Below the pieces are notes generated by a model. The model was not told the origin of the DNA. It saw only the letters and a list, made by a program, of their open reading frames with translations, and made no database searches. Positions 38,251-52,389 of a DNA stretch of 64,000 nt are shown piece by piece. The position numbers were made by a program, and so were the translations under genes. This DNA comes from Lama guanicoe (Eukaryota). Location of the stretch: contig MU053994.1 in NCBI GenBank assembly GCA_013239625.1, positions 124,001-188,000 of the forward strand, written 5' to 3'. Within the stretch, counting starts at the first letter, position 1. Each line of letters starts with the position of its first letter.

Positions 38251-40460
38251 TGGGATAATGAATTTGTTTTATTTTATTCTTTGAGGAATATGGTTTTGAT
38301 TTGAGGATCTGCATTTGGTATCACTTCAGTGTTCCTCCCTTACAGTTCCTCATGAACACAGAAGATTGCTTTCTCTAGTATTTAGGGTTCTGGAATCACT
38401 GTGGGGAAAATATCTCTAAACTTCTGTTAAAGCAAAATCTACTAAAGGAAACCAGTTTGCAGCAGGGAGGCAGGTTAGGAACTGTGGCAATGGGAAGTTT
38501 GTGCTCTGAAATGTAGGATGAGAAGAATTCACCAACTCAACTGTGGAGGAGAGTTTTCATGACACAAAGGGACAAAACAGTGAAAGAGGAGGGAGGGAAA
38601 TGGGTTCTAGGGTTCTGGTCTCCCCTAAGTGTAGTTTACTTGGGGCACGTCAGCTTCTCTGGCTATAAAATGAGGCCGTTGGACTGAATTATTTCAGAGG
38701 TCTGCTTAAGGTGTACAATTACCAGTCTGTGATCTTTTCCTAAGAAAATTTCTCTACTGACAGTGGCTGAAGGAGGCACAAAGAATTAGTTGGGGTCTCT
38801 GTTTTACAGCTGAGGCCACTGTGGCCCAGGGATGCTAATCAGCTCTCCCAAGGTCACATGGCACATGGGTGGCACAGTCGGGAAGGGAGCCCAGCCCTGC
38901 TGCCTGTTGTTGAGGCTCCTCATCTACTATATCCTGAGAAATGGGTGGTCTCGAGGTAGGAAGGGTTTAATGATCTCTGGGAAAAAGAAGCCAAACTCTT
39001 TAATACAGAGATGTCAAGGACTCTTGGCTTTCTAGGAAAGCATTCTCAACAATTCATTCTCAAGAATTTTCACTTGTGTTTTATTTGGAGGCCAGGCAGG
39101 TTAGGATCCAAGGACTGACTGTATAGTAAAGGTCTTCGGACTTTGCAAACCTAGGTCTGGTCCACTGCGCGTTGTGATAGCCATGTCATGAATCCATCTC
39201 CTTCTCAATTAAAGCATTCTTGAAATTCTGGCTCTGTCCACTGAAATGGTCTTAAAGGTGATTATGTGATGACATCAGAAGCCCATGTTCAAGAGCTTAT
39301 TCTCAAAGTACCTGAGTTACTATCCTTTTCCACACAGTTCTGAGACCATCCTGCTTTTTTGAAGACAAGATCTCTGTCCTGTAGCTGATTGTAGGGCCTT
39401 CAGGATAGTATCAAAGTAAATAAAAAACTTTCTGGAGATGGCAGAGACTTAAAATGTCTGTGGGTCACTTATGACTTGTAATTTTCACAGGTGAAAAGCC
39501 TGGTAGGAATGAATAATAAAATAATACAACTGAAGAGGAAATTTTTTGTGACATGCAAAATAAGATAATAAAGCCAATCCAAAAAAAAAAAGAGGTTTGG
39601 AGAAAATATCTATAAGCATAATGATTAAGCCTATTTCAAAGGAGTCTAGAGTAGATTTTAAAATCTGTATTTTAATAAAGCTTCATAGACAGATTTGATG
39701 TGCTTCCTCATTTGAAAAGCACTGGTCTGGAAATTGCTGGTAAAATGTAAAAACAAAGGTGTGTCCAACTATTTTTTATAATTTACTGAACTATGACTGA
39801 AAGCACTAATTCTGTTACCTAACATCAGGGAAACCCCCAGCAGGACTCTGATAATTAGAAACATATAATGTCGTAAGGGTGCTGACAAATATCCAAGAAC
39901 TTCAGAAACAACATAGAACTAATGAAATATTGATATTAATAATACATCCCTATTCAGGCTTAATCTAGCGAAGGCTAATTCCTCTTTCGATTTGACTTTT
40001 TCTGGTGCAGCGGATCGATATTAACATAGCAAATAGAGCGAATTTTTCCTAACACTTCTCTGTTTCTAAGGTGAAAGAACAAATCTTTTTTTACTTTCTA
40101 GGGGCCTCTGGCAAATTTCAGACAGTTTTAAGTACTAAAGATGCTATGAAGTTTTATTTCATTTTTCATTTTGGATTCAATGTTGAAAGGCAAAATTGAA
40201 ATATTTCCAGGAGATTTGAGAATTGAGATAGGATCATGGGTGTCTGAGTACATGAATGATTATAACTTGTTTGTTTGTTAAATAAAGTAACAATTCAGTA
40301 TTTAAGTAAACACAGAAAATCATTAACAGTTACAAATGCAGAACTTCTATTGTTTCTTTTACTTTAAAGAGAATAATCAAGGGCATAATAAAGTCATAGC
40401 AAAGCATTACTGTGGTGAGATCCGGAATCTGCTAATTGGACAGATTATGTAGAAGGTAAA

Positions 40461-40940
40461 GTGGGAGGCTGAATAACAACCCCAAAGATACTCAGTTTCT
40501 GATCCCTAGAACCTGTGAACTTTTTATGACAAAAAAGGACTTTGCAGATAAAGAGAGTGAGATGGAAGAGTATTGTGAATTAACCAGGTGGACTCCTAAT
40601 GTAATCACAAATGTCTTAAGAGAGAGGCAGGAAGAGATTTGATTACAGAGTGAAATGATAATGTGAGGACTGAAGCAAGATGCTACACTGCTGGCTTAGA
40701 GATGGAGGAAAGGGCCACCAGCCAAGGAATGCAAGGTGTGCAGCTCTAGAAGCTGGAAAGTCAAGGAAATGGATTCTTCTCTCAGGCCCCTGGAGGGAGC
40801 ATGGCCCTACTGACACCCTGACTTTAGCCCAGAGAAACTGATTTGAGACTTCTGTCCTCCAAAACTGTAAGAAAATAAGTGTGTGTTTTAAGCCACCAAG
40901 TTCTGGTAATCTTTTACAGCAGCCAGAGGAAATTCATACA
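40461..40940 (+). mobile_element. MLT1C/D-type solo LTR
   Basis: TGGGAGGCTGAATAAC...CCCTAGAACCTGTGAA...AGCTCTAGAAGCTGGAAAG...TTTTAAGCCACCAAGTT...GGAAATTCATACA. Confidence 0.75.
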
Positions 40941-42869
40941 GGTGCAGAGTAATCTTTTATAATCTCTTATTAGGAGCAGACCAAATACTCCAAGAAAAGT
41001 CTTTCATTTTCACAGGGAACAAATAAATTCTAGGTTTGCTTCAATGTAATATTTGGTTCTAAAGGACCTACAGTCTCTTTTTGACAATCTTACAAGTTAA
41101 CCTATCAAAACTGAGCCAGATTTGGCAGTTTTAACACAGATTTGTGTTCCTTTTTAGATTCTCTTTCCACAAACTTACAGCTTTCTATATTCATTCAGGC
41201 TTTTTTCTTTACTGGTCTTTCTCTTTCCCATTCTGGAACAAATTATTTTACATCAGGACAAAAACATTCCCTTTTTTGCTCTTAATTTAAAAAGATCTCA
41301 TTATCTTCAGGCTCCTAGTAGAGACTCATTCATGTGGAGTCTCATTTACATGTATCAATTATAACTTTCAAGTACTTACTTGTATTTCCTGGAGAAAACT
41401 AGGGATGGATAATTGTAAATTTCTGTCATTTTAGCAGAGCTCATGAATACACTCAGCCCAGCTTTATTCAGCCACACAATTCCTTTATATAGTTTCCCAA
41501 CATGGCAGAAATGAGCATATTCATTTACAAACCCCAAAATATAGCCCCTTTGTAGCATATACAAATAAGAAGCAAAAGTATATAAACTCAAATTATGCTT
41601 AGTAAGCAATGTATTAGTATTCTATCTTAGAAATTTTCTAGGCATCCATTGAGTGCTATTAATTATCTCATAATATCAATCCAAGGTCTTCAGTTATCTG
41701 AAGATTTTGGAAATGTTCTTTAAAGTGACACTACAAAACCTCATCAACTGTGGAAAATACATATTTATCAGAACAATGATTCAATTTGCTTAAACATAAA
41801 TTGCTTTTTCTCATAATCTTAAACCTTTAGTAGGAGTAATTCTACCTCACTTGATCTTAAACCTGTATAAATTTAGGAAAAATATACCCAAGAGACCTAA
41901 AAATTTATGCTTGTATTATATTTAACAGTGATAGAGAAGACCTAGTTGTTGTCATTAAACCCAAAATATTATACTAGTTGTCATTGTCAAAGATTTAAAT
42001 AAATCATGTAAGTTTGGATTATTAAAATATTTATAAATGTAGCACATTTAAAGTATTAGTAATTCAGTTTTTATATTTTAGGAAATTTTAGTTATATTCA
42101 GCTTATATAAGCAGTTATTTATGTAGATATGCCCATCAGAACAGAGTTACTTTAAATTAAGAAAGACTTTCTAATCTAATATAGTAATAGCATCCAAAGG
42201 TAGGAGTATGTTACATATTCACGCAATCAGAAATGAAGGAATTTCTGAGTTACAGACAGGCATACAGCCACAGAGAAAGAGCTCTGATTCTACAATTTCA
42301 GTCATGGATCAAGAGTAAAACCACAAACAGAAAATCTTCCCAGTCCAGATTTCAAATAACTGTTTTCTTCCCAAAGAACATGACGTTTTGAATTGATTTG
42401 AACTAAAAAATGGACTAACAAATAAAAAGACTGACAAATCAGATTCTCTGTGGCCTCACACCCAGCAAGGGGCCTGAATTTTATAGGCCGGAATATCTAT
42501 AAACCATGAATCCATTTCATGAATCCACTGTCTTCCTCATTTGTGCATGCTCAGTTTGGCAGAGATGGTGGGCTCTCAGTATATGGTCAGTGAATGGTGA
42601 AAAGTAAAAAGCAGGGCAATTATATTAATCTCATTTTCACAAATGAAAAAACAGGTTATCACCTAAGATACTGCAATCACAAGTGATAGAAGACCTAGCT
42701 AAAAGTAACTTAGATTTTTTAAAAAATATTACCTCATATAATAAATTCAGAGACAGAGCAAACCCATGATTGTCTAATTGATCATCATAGCAATGTCATC
42801 AAGGACCTAGGCATTTTCCATCTTTGTGTCTTTCTCCCCTCATGATTGCATGAAGACTGTGTACCCATT

Positions 42870-43365
42870 ATATATTGCTATATAACAAACCTTGGTGACT
42901 TAAAATAACAACAGTCATTTCTTTTGCCCACAGATTTGTAATTTGGACAGGTCTTGGCAGGGCCAGCTTGTCTCTGCTCCATGTGGCATCAGCTGGGGCA
43001 GCTTGACTGGGGGCTGGAGAATCTGCTTCCAGGGTGGCTTACCACATGGCTGTCAGTTTGGTCCTGTGTGTCCTACTGGTTGCTTAGCTGGGGCTGAGGG
43101 CTGAACGCCTTGGTTCCTTTCTATGTGGGCCTGTCCTTAGTTTTCTCATAGCATGGCAGCTAGGTCTTAAGAGTGAATGTTCCAAGGACATGAAATGGAA
43201 GATTTCTCTTTCTTAATACGTTAGCCCAGAAACTGGCAGTTGTTTTTGCCATATTCTGTTATTCAAGCAGTCAATAGATCTCAGATTCAAGAAGAGGAGA
43301 CACAACTTTACTTCTTGATGGGAGGCATATTAAAGAATTTGAGGGGCCATCTTTTAAAACATTTA
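42870..43365. mobile_element. MLT1-type solo LTR
   Basis: TATTGCTATATAACAAAC...CAGCTTGTCTCTGCTCCATGTGGCATCAGCTGGGGCAGCTTGACTGGGGGCTGGAGAATC. Confidence 0.6.
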
Positions 43366-44733
43366 CAGGTTTTTCTAGGTCTAGACATCACATGTAAGCA
43401 TGACCAAGTCAGGAAGAAGACAGAGGTTTCTTTCTGTGTACTTCTTTTTATTAGGCAGGAACACCATTTCTTTCAGCATAATTCTACTCAAGTTCCATTG
43501 GCCAGGCATGGGTCACATGTGCATGCCAAACCAATCCCTAGCCATGGGAATAGACAGTAGAGTTGGAGATGCCTCTAAGGTCTAGATACTTTGTCCCTAC
43601 AGAGCAGCTGGGCAGGGCTTGGAATGGGTAGATCAACTTCATCCAATTACCCCAGTGAATACACTTGTAAATATCTTTTTTTTTTTCTATTTGTGACACA
43701 AAAAAATTAGGAGATTGGTCTTACAAGAATCTTGATTTACTCCAGGGGCTGAACCTGTATCATCTTTCTTGAATATGTGGGAGGGTTAGCATGTAATCAG
43801 AATTAGAGTTTTGCCTTCAAGGAAGAATGGAAGAAGGATTCCAGTTAGGTGGAAGGCCCATAGCATCTGCAGTACCAAGGTTCGGGAAATTTAAGGGCCC
43901 AACTTAAAACCAAGACTAAAGCCAAGACCACCACCCAGGTTTTTGGGTGCTTGACCCATAGCTAACTTTTTAGCCAACACTGCCTCTCATAGAATTGTAT
44001 AATATTAAGAGGTGGAAGAGATCTAAGAGATCATCATGTCTGACTTTTCACTCTATGTAGAAATCCCTTCTTTGGTGTCCCTCAAGTTGGTCCATCAGCC
44101 TTGGCTTGGACGTTCAGTAGTGGAGCTCTCAGTACCCAAAATGTACTATTCCATTGATAAAACATTCTTGTTAGAACATTCTTCCTTGTATAATAAGTTA
44201 AGTGGGACTTTTCCACCAGAAAGGATAATATCAGTCTCAGATGCTGGATATGCCACATTCAGAAAAAAAGCCACTAAGAATTGGCCAGATTCCTCTTTTC
44301 AGGATTTTCCAAGAATGACAAACCAGCCCTACCACAGTCAACCCCCAACATCCCCACTCTCAGACCCTATAAGGAAATACCTGGGGGAAGGGGTGAGTGA
44401 ATAGGGGCTTCTTATACTATTTATAATAGGGGCCACTCCCCCTCTCCCAGAAGCCACCTAAAGTGGATTTGAAGATGAGGGCCGCTCACAATATGGATGG
44501 CCAAGCACTTCACTCCCTGCCTTCTAAGCTGGGGGCCCATAGGCTCACTCCACTGCTGGTTCCCTCCAAGATAGCTATTGTGTGTACCCTGGAGTTTAGG
44601 AGCATTCATGAGCATAGTGACTGAAACCTGCTTCTCATTGTAACCTTCTTAAGGAGGGAGACTTTTGGGAATAGCCTGGGGTGAGTAGAGTCTGTGATAC
44701 TATATGCCCAGAAAGGGGACAAGATGTCTCCAC

Positions 44734-45155
44734 TGTATCAGCTAGCTGTTGTGAGTAACAAACTGTCCATGACTTAGTGGTTTAAACAACAAGTATTTAT
44801 TGTTGCTCAATAGTCTGCAAGTCAGTTGGACAGTTCTGGTCTGGGCCTGGCTAGGCTGATCTTGGCTGAGCTCACTCATAAGTATACACTCACCCTGTGG
44901 GTCAGTTGGGAATAACTGGTCTTAGGATGTCTACACTTGGAATGGCTCACTTCTCTATGGTCCCTACTTCCCAAGCAGGCTGGCCTGGTGGTGGCAGGGC
45001 TCTGAGAGAGTCAAAGTGTGCAGAGCTGCAGCGCCTCTTGGGGTGTAAGCTCAGAACTGGGACACTGTCACTTCTTTCACATTCTGTTTCCACAAAGCAC
45101 AATTGAGAGGAGATTGGGGAGAAGATGAAATTGCTTTCATGATAATACCCCACCA
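44734..45155. mobile_element. MLT1-type solo LTR
   Basis: TGTATCAGCTAGCTGTTG...CTTAGTGGTTTAAACAACAAGTATTTATT...CTCAGAACTGGGACACTGTCACTTC. Confidence 0.55.
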
Positions 45156-48100
45156 AGCTGACACTACTAAGTAGAGCATTTTCACTTGTATTATATGGAA
45201 ATTAGCCTCTTTTAATCTTCGGTCTGATAGTGAGACCTGCTTTTTCCCTGCTAAAACAACACTAACACCACTGCTTCCTCTCACCACATGGCAGGTCTCC
45301 AGATATCCACATATTCACAACTATCCTGTCTCCTTTTTCTTTTCCAGTCTCCAGACCCTCCAGTTGTTTCTCTAATGGCATGGTTGGTAGCAGTCAAGGT
45401 CACTGTACTTGAGATACAATATGGATTGTCACTTTTTTTCTTAAAACATGGCATTCATAACTGCATGTGTTATTGCAGACTTATTTTGATGAACTTGTAG
45501 CAGCGAGACTGTTTTGTTTTATTTTATTTTTGCTTTAATCTGAACTCTGTGATTTTATTTATGTGCCCAAATGTAGCATTTGGAAGAGCTGAATCACACA
45601 GTTGGTTTATGTTCTTTCTTCATACTGAGAGCAAACTAAATCAAGATTTACCCATCCTGTACCTGCACAGTATCTTTTTAAATATATAAAGGTAGGGCTT
45701 GATATTTTTTCTTGTTATATTTCCTTTTCTTGGATTCAAGCCCAGGATATCAGCCTGTCGAGATAATTTTGAATCATGATTCTCTTGTCTTCCCAGTTTT
45801 GTCCCAGCTATAAGTTTATGTCTTCATGCAGTAGCTGACCAGAAAGTGAGACCAGGACAGCCCCAAAGCCACAGCCCTGCGCACTCCCTGACAGTTGCCC
45901 TTTAGCCTGAAAGGAAGTAGTGAAGCATGTGAGTACAGATGGCCTATCCAGTTGCAAATCCATCTGCACTGCAGTCGTATTAGCATATGCATTTTCTCTG
46001 ACTTGTCCACAAGGACATCGTGAGAGGGCTTTTTTTGTTTGTTTTATTGGGTTTTTTTTTCTGGAGGCCTTACTGAAAACCACACATGATGTCTATAATA
46101 GCCACTCACTTATGATATGTTTTCTTTGTACATTAGTGAAATGTTAAAGCATATAGACAGAAATAAAAAATATTGTAACAAACACCCATGCCCCTACTCA
46201 CCTGCTTCATCAAATATTCACATGACATGTTTGCTTCAGAATTATCTTTTTTTCTCTTTAAGAAATAAAATGTTGCTAGTACAGTTGGGGCACCCTGTGA
46301 GCCTTCCTTGTCATGATTTCAGAGTTTATCATTCTCATGCATGATTTGTAACTTAACTACATATGCACTGTCTCCATGAATATTATATATTGGTTTTGTA
46401 GGCCTTTTAACTTTATCATACTGCAAATATCATTATGTAATTTGCATTTTTGGCTCAACATCATATTTCGAGAACTGTACGTGCTGATGAACATAGTACT
46501 AGTTCATTCTTTTTTGTGGCTAAGTGTTCTATTATAGGCAGCAACTTTCTGAAAGGGACAGAGAGTAAATGTTTTAGATCCTGCAGGCCATCTATGGTCT
46601 GTGTCACATATTCTTTGTTTTTATTTGTTTTTACAACTCTTTAACAATGTACGAAACACTGTTAGCTCTTGGGCTGTACAAAAATAGGACTTAGTTTGCC
46701 AACCCCTGTCCTGCTGTATGACTCTAACACTATTTCTCCATCTCCCTTTGATTTATATGGCTTCCTACGTCTCAGGTCCTTCTTTTATAAAGCAGAAGTG
46801 ACAATGATTGTCTTTCCTACCTTCTTAGGAGCATGGGAAGATAAGACAGACAATGGATAAGAAAGTGCTTTGAAATTTAAAAAAAAAAAGGCTGTTTTAT
46901 TCCTTCCCTCTCTTCTCACTTCCCTTTTCTTTCTTTTTCCTCCCTCTTCCTTCCTTTTTGCTGGCCTATTGAATTTCTATGAAGAAATGTGGGAGCTGAG
47001 GAATCTAGGTGGCCAAGACACATAGGAAAACACTATTGGTCATTTGGGGATTGAGGAGGCCTGAGCCCAAAGAGTGTAATAGTATATTCTTGTTGGAGGT
47101 TCCTCTACATCTCGGGGCCATCAGTGGCTGGGAAATTCTCGGTAGCCTGTTAGGATAACAGAGCTGTTAGTTTGTTTAAATGTTCTGGGACTAAGTAAGG
47201 TCTGGGCCAATGGTCTATTCTGCCACCTAATAGCTGTGTGATCAGTCTAACCTCACAGACCTCTTGTCTTTTCATCTATAAACTGCATCTGTCAGTACAG
47301 GTGAAAATTAAACGAAATAAGCTAAAAGTGTTGGTATATGGTGCAAGCCCTTGGTGAAATGCTCATTTGAGGTTAATTTACTATACTTTTACTCATGGAG
47401 GTTAATTACTATAATTTACTGTATTGTTTACTTATGGACAGTCCCCTTTTGGGGTCACTGCACTAGATAGCAAGTCCACAAGGAGCATGTGCCTGCTTTT
47501 TTCTTTTTTGTATAGTATTGGTAACTTTGATGGATTTTTATGAAATTTGTAACCTTACGAAAGGTGAGTAAAGTGAGCTTGAATTAGATGTTTCAACACC
47601 TTCTCTGGTCTTGATGCAGAGCAGTGATGAATTAATTTTTCTTTGTGGGAAGGTTTTGCTAATAATGTAATTTCTTTAACGGCTAGATGTCTATTCAGAT
47701 TTTTAATCTTATCTGGTGTCACTTTTGGTAAAGTGAATTTTTCTAGCAATCTGTCCATTTCACCGAAGTTACTGAATTTATTGGCAAATGTTGTTATTCT
47801 CTTAGACAATTTAATGTTTGTAAGACTGTAATGATATTCCTTCATTTCTGATGTTGGTAATTCATTTTCTGTCCTTTGTTTCTTGATCAGTTGCTAGGTG
47901 TTTATCAATTTTGTTGATCTTTTCAAAGAACCAACTTTTGTATGTCTACCTTTAAAACTATCCCAAAATAGGAACTTTAATTTGAGAAAAATATGCATAA
48001 ATAATAGCATCCCTCATACATTACTACAAATACGTTTTTTAAATACCTTAAACACATGGTTAATAGTACATAGTCTAGTGACAGGCATGCAGACATAGTA

Positions 48101-49842
48101 AAGACTTTTTTAAAAAGTTGAACTGAATTCACATTTTTATTTCTCAGGTGTGACATACTCAATCCTTCTACATCCTCTGTAATCAAAGATCTCCTTACCC
48201 TTAGGTTGGCTAAGGAGATCTTGGAGGTCTGCAGATGGGCAAGGGGAAAATGGGGAAAGGGTCCAGCTGGCTCATGCAGCTATATTATGATATGGATAAT
48301 CGTCATTGGTGTTGCTGGCCTTCCCTTATTAAGGCTGATTCTGCAGTTTTTCCTCATATAGGAGCCTGAGAAGGAAGATTTAGATAGCCAGTCTTTGTAT
48401 TTCCAGAGATAAGTAGTTTTTAATGCTTGCTTCAGATTAAAAGCTATTTCTGTATTTCTAATTGTGCCTCAAGAGACCAAAAAGTAATTTGGACTCTGTG
48501 GATAGAATGAAATTGAATTTTCTCTAGGGAAGATAATATTACACATAAATTCAAAGCATCTTATAACAAGGTTTTTACAATGGCATATGTTCACTATGTT
48601 TAGGAAAAAGTAAGACAATAAATTCATGACTTTAGAACTTCTGAGAATTGGCTACCCAAGGACGTGCAGTTGTTATCATCTGCTTCTGTAAACATTTTCT
48701 GAGTTCTTTTATAGGTGGACCAGGATCCAAATGTCAGGGTTAATTAAAGGAAGTGTGCGTGTGCATGTGTGTGTGTGTTTCTGTGTGTAAAGTGATTGCT
48801 GTCTAGAAAGAATCTAGAAAACTTGCTTAGTCTTTTATTTCAAAGTTTTCTTATTCATTTCTAAACCTTTTAGAAGTGCATTTGAAGAATTTTAGTTAAT
48901 GCTTAGTAAAAAGGATGATAATACACTGAGCAGAGAGTGGGTTAACCGATTTCTTCTCTTTCAAAGTAAGAATGACTGGCAGAACAAATGTGTCAAATGT
49001 GCCATGAAACTCAGTTAAACAGTCCAAAGGGAATGGAGTCTCCTGGGCATTTGATTTTCTGGTAAACATGGGCCATCCAGAAATATATTTTTCTTGTATA
49101 TTTTTCAGCCTTATATTTATTATCTTTATGCCTTTCTTTGGAGAAGATCCCATAAGTATTAGAAACATTCTTCAAGGATTAAGGTGCACCATTTGAAAAA
49201 TGTTTGTAGCATATGGTTTGATAAATGAAAAACCTGTGTAACACTGGCTTGAATACAGTGTTTTTTAAAAATTTAATAATAAATTCTTGTTATCAGTTAA
49301 CTTATACAACAAGTACTTATTAAATACCCACTATGTGCCAGGCCCTGTACTTGGTGCCAGGCATCAGTGAATAAAACAAAATCTTTGTTTTTATTAAGCT
49401 TGTATTCTGTTCTTTTCAGGATATGAAGTTGACATATTTCTCTTTTTCCTAAAAGTAGAGCATTAGTTAATGGGAAATTTGGTTAAATATGGGCTAATTG
49501 AAGTTTGTGGTTATTTTAAATTTTAGTTACTAAAAATTTTACTTGCATATGGCCAAACTCTTGAAATTGTACACATTAAATATGTGCAGTTATTTGTGTA
49601 AAAATTATACCTCAATAAAACAGTAAAAATTTTACTGTAGTTTGTTTTCTTCTTACCCTAAGGTTGATTTAGGTGTATTGTATTGACTGCTGCAGTACGA
49701 AAGTTTCTCAAACCTCTGCTCCATGTGAAATGTCTGGATTTGGACCCTACACTGCTCTCATCTCCCTACACCCAGATGAATTTATTTGACTATTGCAAAT
49801 AAAAAAAAGAAGTGATATATATATATATATTATATATATATA

Positions 49843-49956
49843 NNNNNNNNNNNNNNNNNNNNNNNNNNNNNNNNNNNNNNNNNNNNNNNNNNNNNNNNNN
49901 NNNNNNNNNNNNNNNNNNNNNNNNNNNNNNNNNNNNNNNNNNNNNNNNNNNNNNNN
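49843..49956. other. Assembly gap (114 N) within an (AT)n microsatellite
   Basis: N run flanked by (TA)n on both sides. Confidence 0.99.
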
Positions 49957-51059
49957 AATATATATAAATATATATATACACACACACATACATACATATA
50001 TATATATTTGATTTTTAATATTAAATATAAAATATATTTAATATTTTTCTGCACCAAAGGGCATATTCAGCCATACTCAGTGTAGTAGACACAGCTGCTG
50101 TAGAAATCTAAAGAATGGTCTATATGAAGGTGTAATGGTGAATGTCAATGTGTAAGACAATATGAAGTGTGCAAGACTTGAGGGTGAGTTCACATCCATT
50201 CCTCCTAAACTGAACTCACCACCAAACGCACTAGGGAAAAATGCTTCTGTATACCACCACCACTTTTCATTCAGGCTTGGCTTTTGCCTGGGTATAGGCT
50301 CCAACTTTGTTTTCTGGAGTCTGGGGCCACAAGCTAGTGGAAGTTACCTAATGCTACTCATGGGAAGACACACACACCCCTCCCCACCCCCCATGTAAGT
50401 GGGTTATCAAGGCTGTACTTGGGTTCACTGGAGCATGGCAGTGCCACTTACGTAGCTTCTCAGATTTCCTTCTAGAGCCTATGTTTGAAAAATCCAGTAC
50501 AGGACCTTCTGATTGCTCACTCGTATCTCTGTAAAGTAGGTAGGTCTGGGTGGTGCAGTTTAGAGTCAGGCACGTTGAACAGGTACAGTCATATTCAGGA
50601 GAGCGGAGGTCTTCTTTACAAGATCCAAGCCATTTATTTATCCACTTTGAAAATTATTTATTTCGTACATATTTCTAAAAGATTTTCATGTTGCTTATAG
50701 CCATAAACACATATAAAACAAGACTATTAAATAAGAACAGAATAAAGCATTTGAAAAGAGGGAATGGAAGATAGATTTGGGGGAAAATTATACTGAGAAT
50801 TATTGTGGGAGTTGAAAAGACTAGTGGAGGTAAGGATGTGTGTGCACATACTTGTGAAGTCTGTGGTTCAGGTGTTGGCGAAGGCAGGAAATGTAAGAGA
50901 TTATTTCAGTTGTGGCTAGTCAAGTGGCCATGCCTGATTATTTACAAAGGTCACTGTACATGAGTAACTGTTCTAAGAAGGTTTGCTCTGCCTTGCCATA
51001 GATGAGAATCTGTAGCAGAACTTTCGTCTTGGGGGTTTTGAGTGGTCCTGCTACTGTTT

Positions 51060-51315
51060 TGGTGTTAGATAACCTGATAGGGGGCCGCCGCACATGGCTC
51101 AAGGACTGGCTTCCTTTGTCTGGCTCTGGAGGGCAAGGGTTTCCTTTTCCGTAGCTCACCTCATCGATGCCTCTTCTCTCTGCCTGAGGCAGGATGATAA
51201 GGAAGTTGGCAGGGCAGATAGAGGAGCCTGCCCCTCTTCTTTCTGATCATTGCTTGTGCCTTGGGAGGCGGTTCTCAGAAACCAGCTTAGTGCAGTGAGG
51301 CTTACCCACACCTAG
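51060..51315. promoter_or_regulatory. Candidate erythroid enhancer in XK intron 2
   Basis: CTG-N8-TGATAA (51184-51200), adjacent GGAA, TG-N7-AGATAG (51207-51221), further GATA sites near 51067-51080, CCCACACC near 51305. Confidence 0.4.
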
Positions 51316-51589
51316 GTGCCTAGACAGCATGATTTCAGGAAGTCTTTATATATAGAATACTCATAGAATAGAAAATAGATAGGAAATTGGGGCTCAATGG
51401 AAGTAAGAATTGGACGACTCCCCAAAATACTCAGGGCAGGGGATTCTCCAGACTCCGTGAAGCCCTGGACAGTTTCAAGGGTAGCAGACTCCTGATTCTT
51501 GCCTCCATTGATAAAAGAGATAAAAAATAGAGCTAAGACCACTGCTAGGGAAGTAGACCTCATTAGATTTAATATTTATTTAGGCAGAA

Positions 51590-51815
51590 TTGCCTACTGG
51601 TTAAGACTATAAGACTCTAGAACAAGGCTGCTTAGGTATGAATTCCAGCTCTGCTAGCTGAGTGATTTCTGAGAAGTTATTTAACATCTTTGTGTCTCTA
51701 TTTTCTCATCTGTATAATGAGGATAATAACAGTATCTACTTTATAGAATTGTTATTAGGATTAAGTGATTAGTACCTGTAAAGTGCTTACAATAGTCCCT
51801 GGCATGAGTTAAGAG
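51590..51815 (+). mobile_element. MIR SINE
   Basis: Core TTTTCTCATCTGTATAATGAGGATAATAACAGTATCTACTTTATAGAATTGTT...GTAAAGTGCTTACAATAGTCCCTGGCA. Confidence 0.75.
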
Positions 51816-52389
51816 TACAGAAATTTTTTTGAGCATGAGAGGTGAGCTGGAAGAGATTTTTATTATCCAGTTGCCTTAGGTAAGAAATCAAAATACGTCT
51901 GGGAGAAAAACAGCAAAATCATTCAGCATCTCTGGGGATTGTCAGGTAGACAGTAATAATCACATCACACGTGCTGTGAATGACGTGCCATAGTATTTGT
52001 TCTGACAATTCTTGGTACTAAACAAGATATAAATATATATTAAAAGGAAAGTCCTCAATTTCTGACTAAACATCTGGTAAACTGGCAGATATTCAAGAGA
52101 CATTTTGGTAACAGTAAGGTCTTAGTCATGAGAACTTTAAGATGTGTTTTACAGTATTAGGATGTCATTCCGGTTACATCCGTAGAACCAGTTTTGCTAT
52201 AGTAATTTAAGTAGAGGTTCAGACTATGTTTGTTTTCTACATGGCATTTTGCCAGGGTAGGGAAGGAAACTATTCCTGAAACAACTTCATTACAATAATG
52301 AAAGAGTAGTCTTTTACCTTCAAAAGTTCAATTTAGTAAACATTTATTGAGTTGCCCAATAAGTATAGTAGTAATGCACCTAAATGTTT

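Noticed and set aside
39200..42600. AT-rich stretch possibly of ERV-internal origin
   Set aside because: No recognisable gag/pol/env motif or paired LTRs could be supported by eye.
49747..50057. ORFs containing X runs
   Set aside because: Artefacts of the assembly gap and (AT)n repeat.
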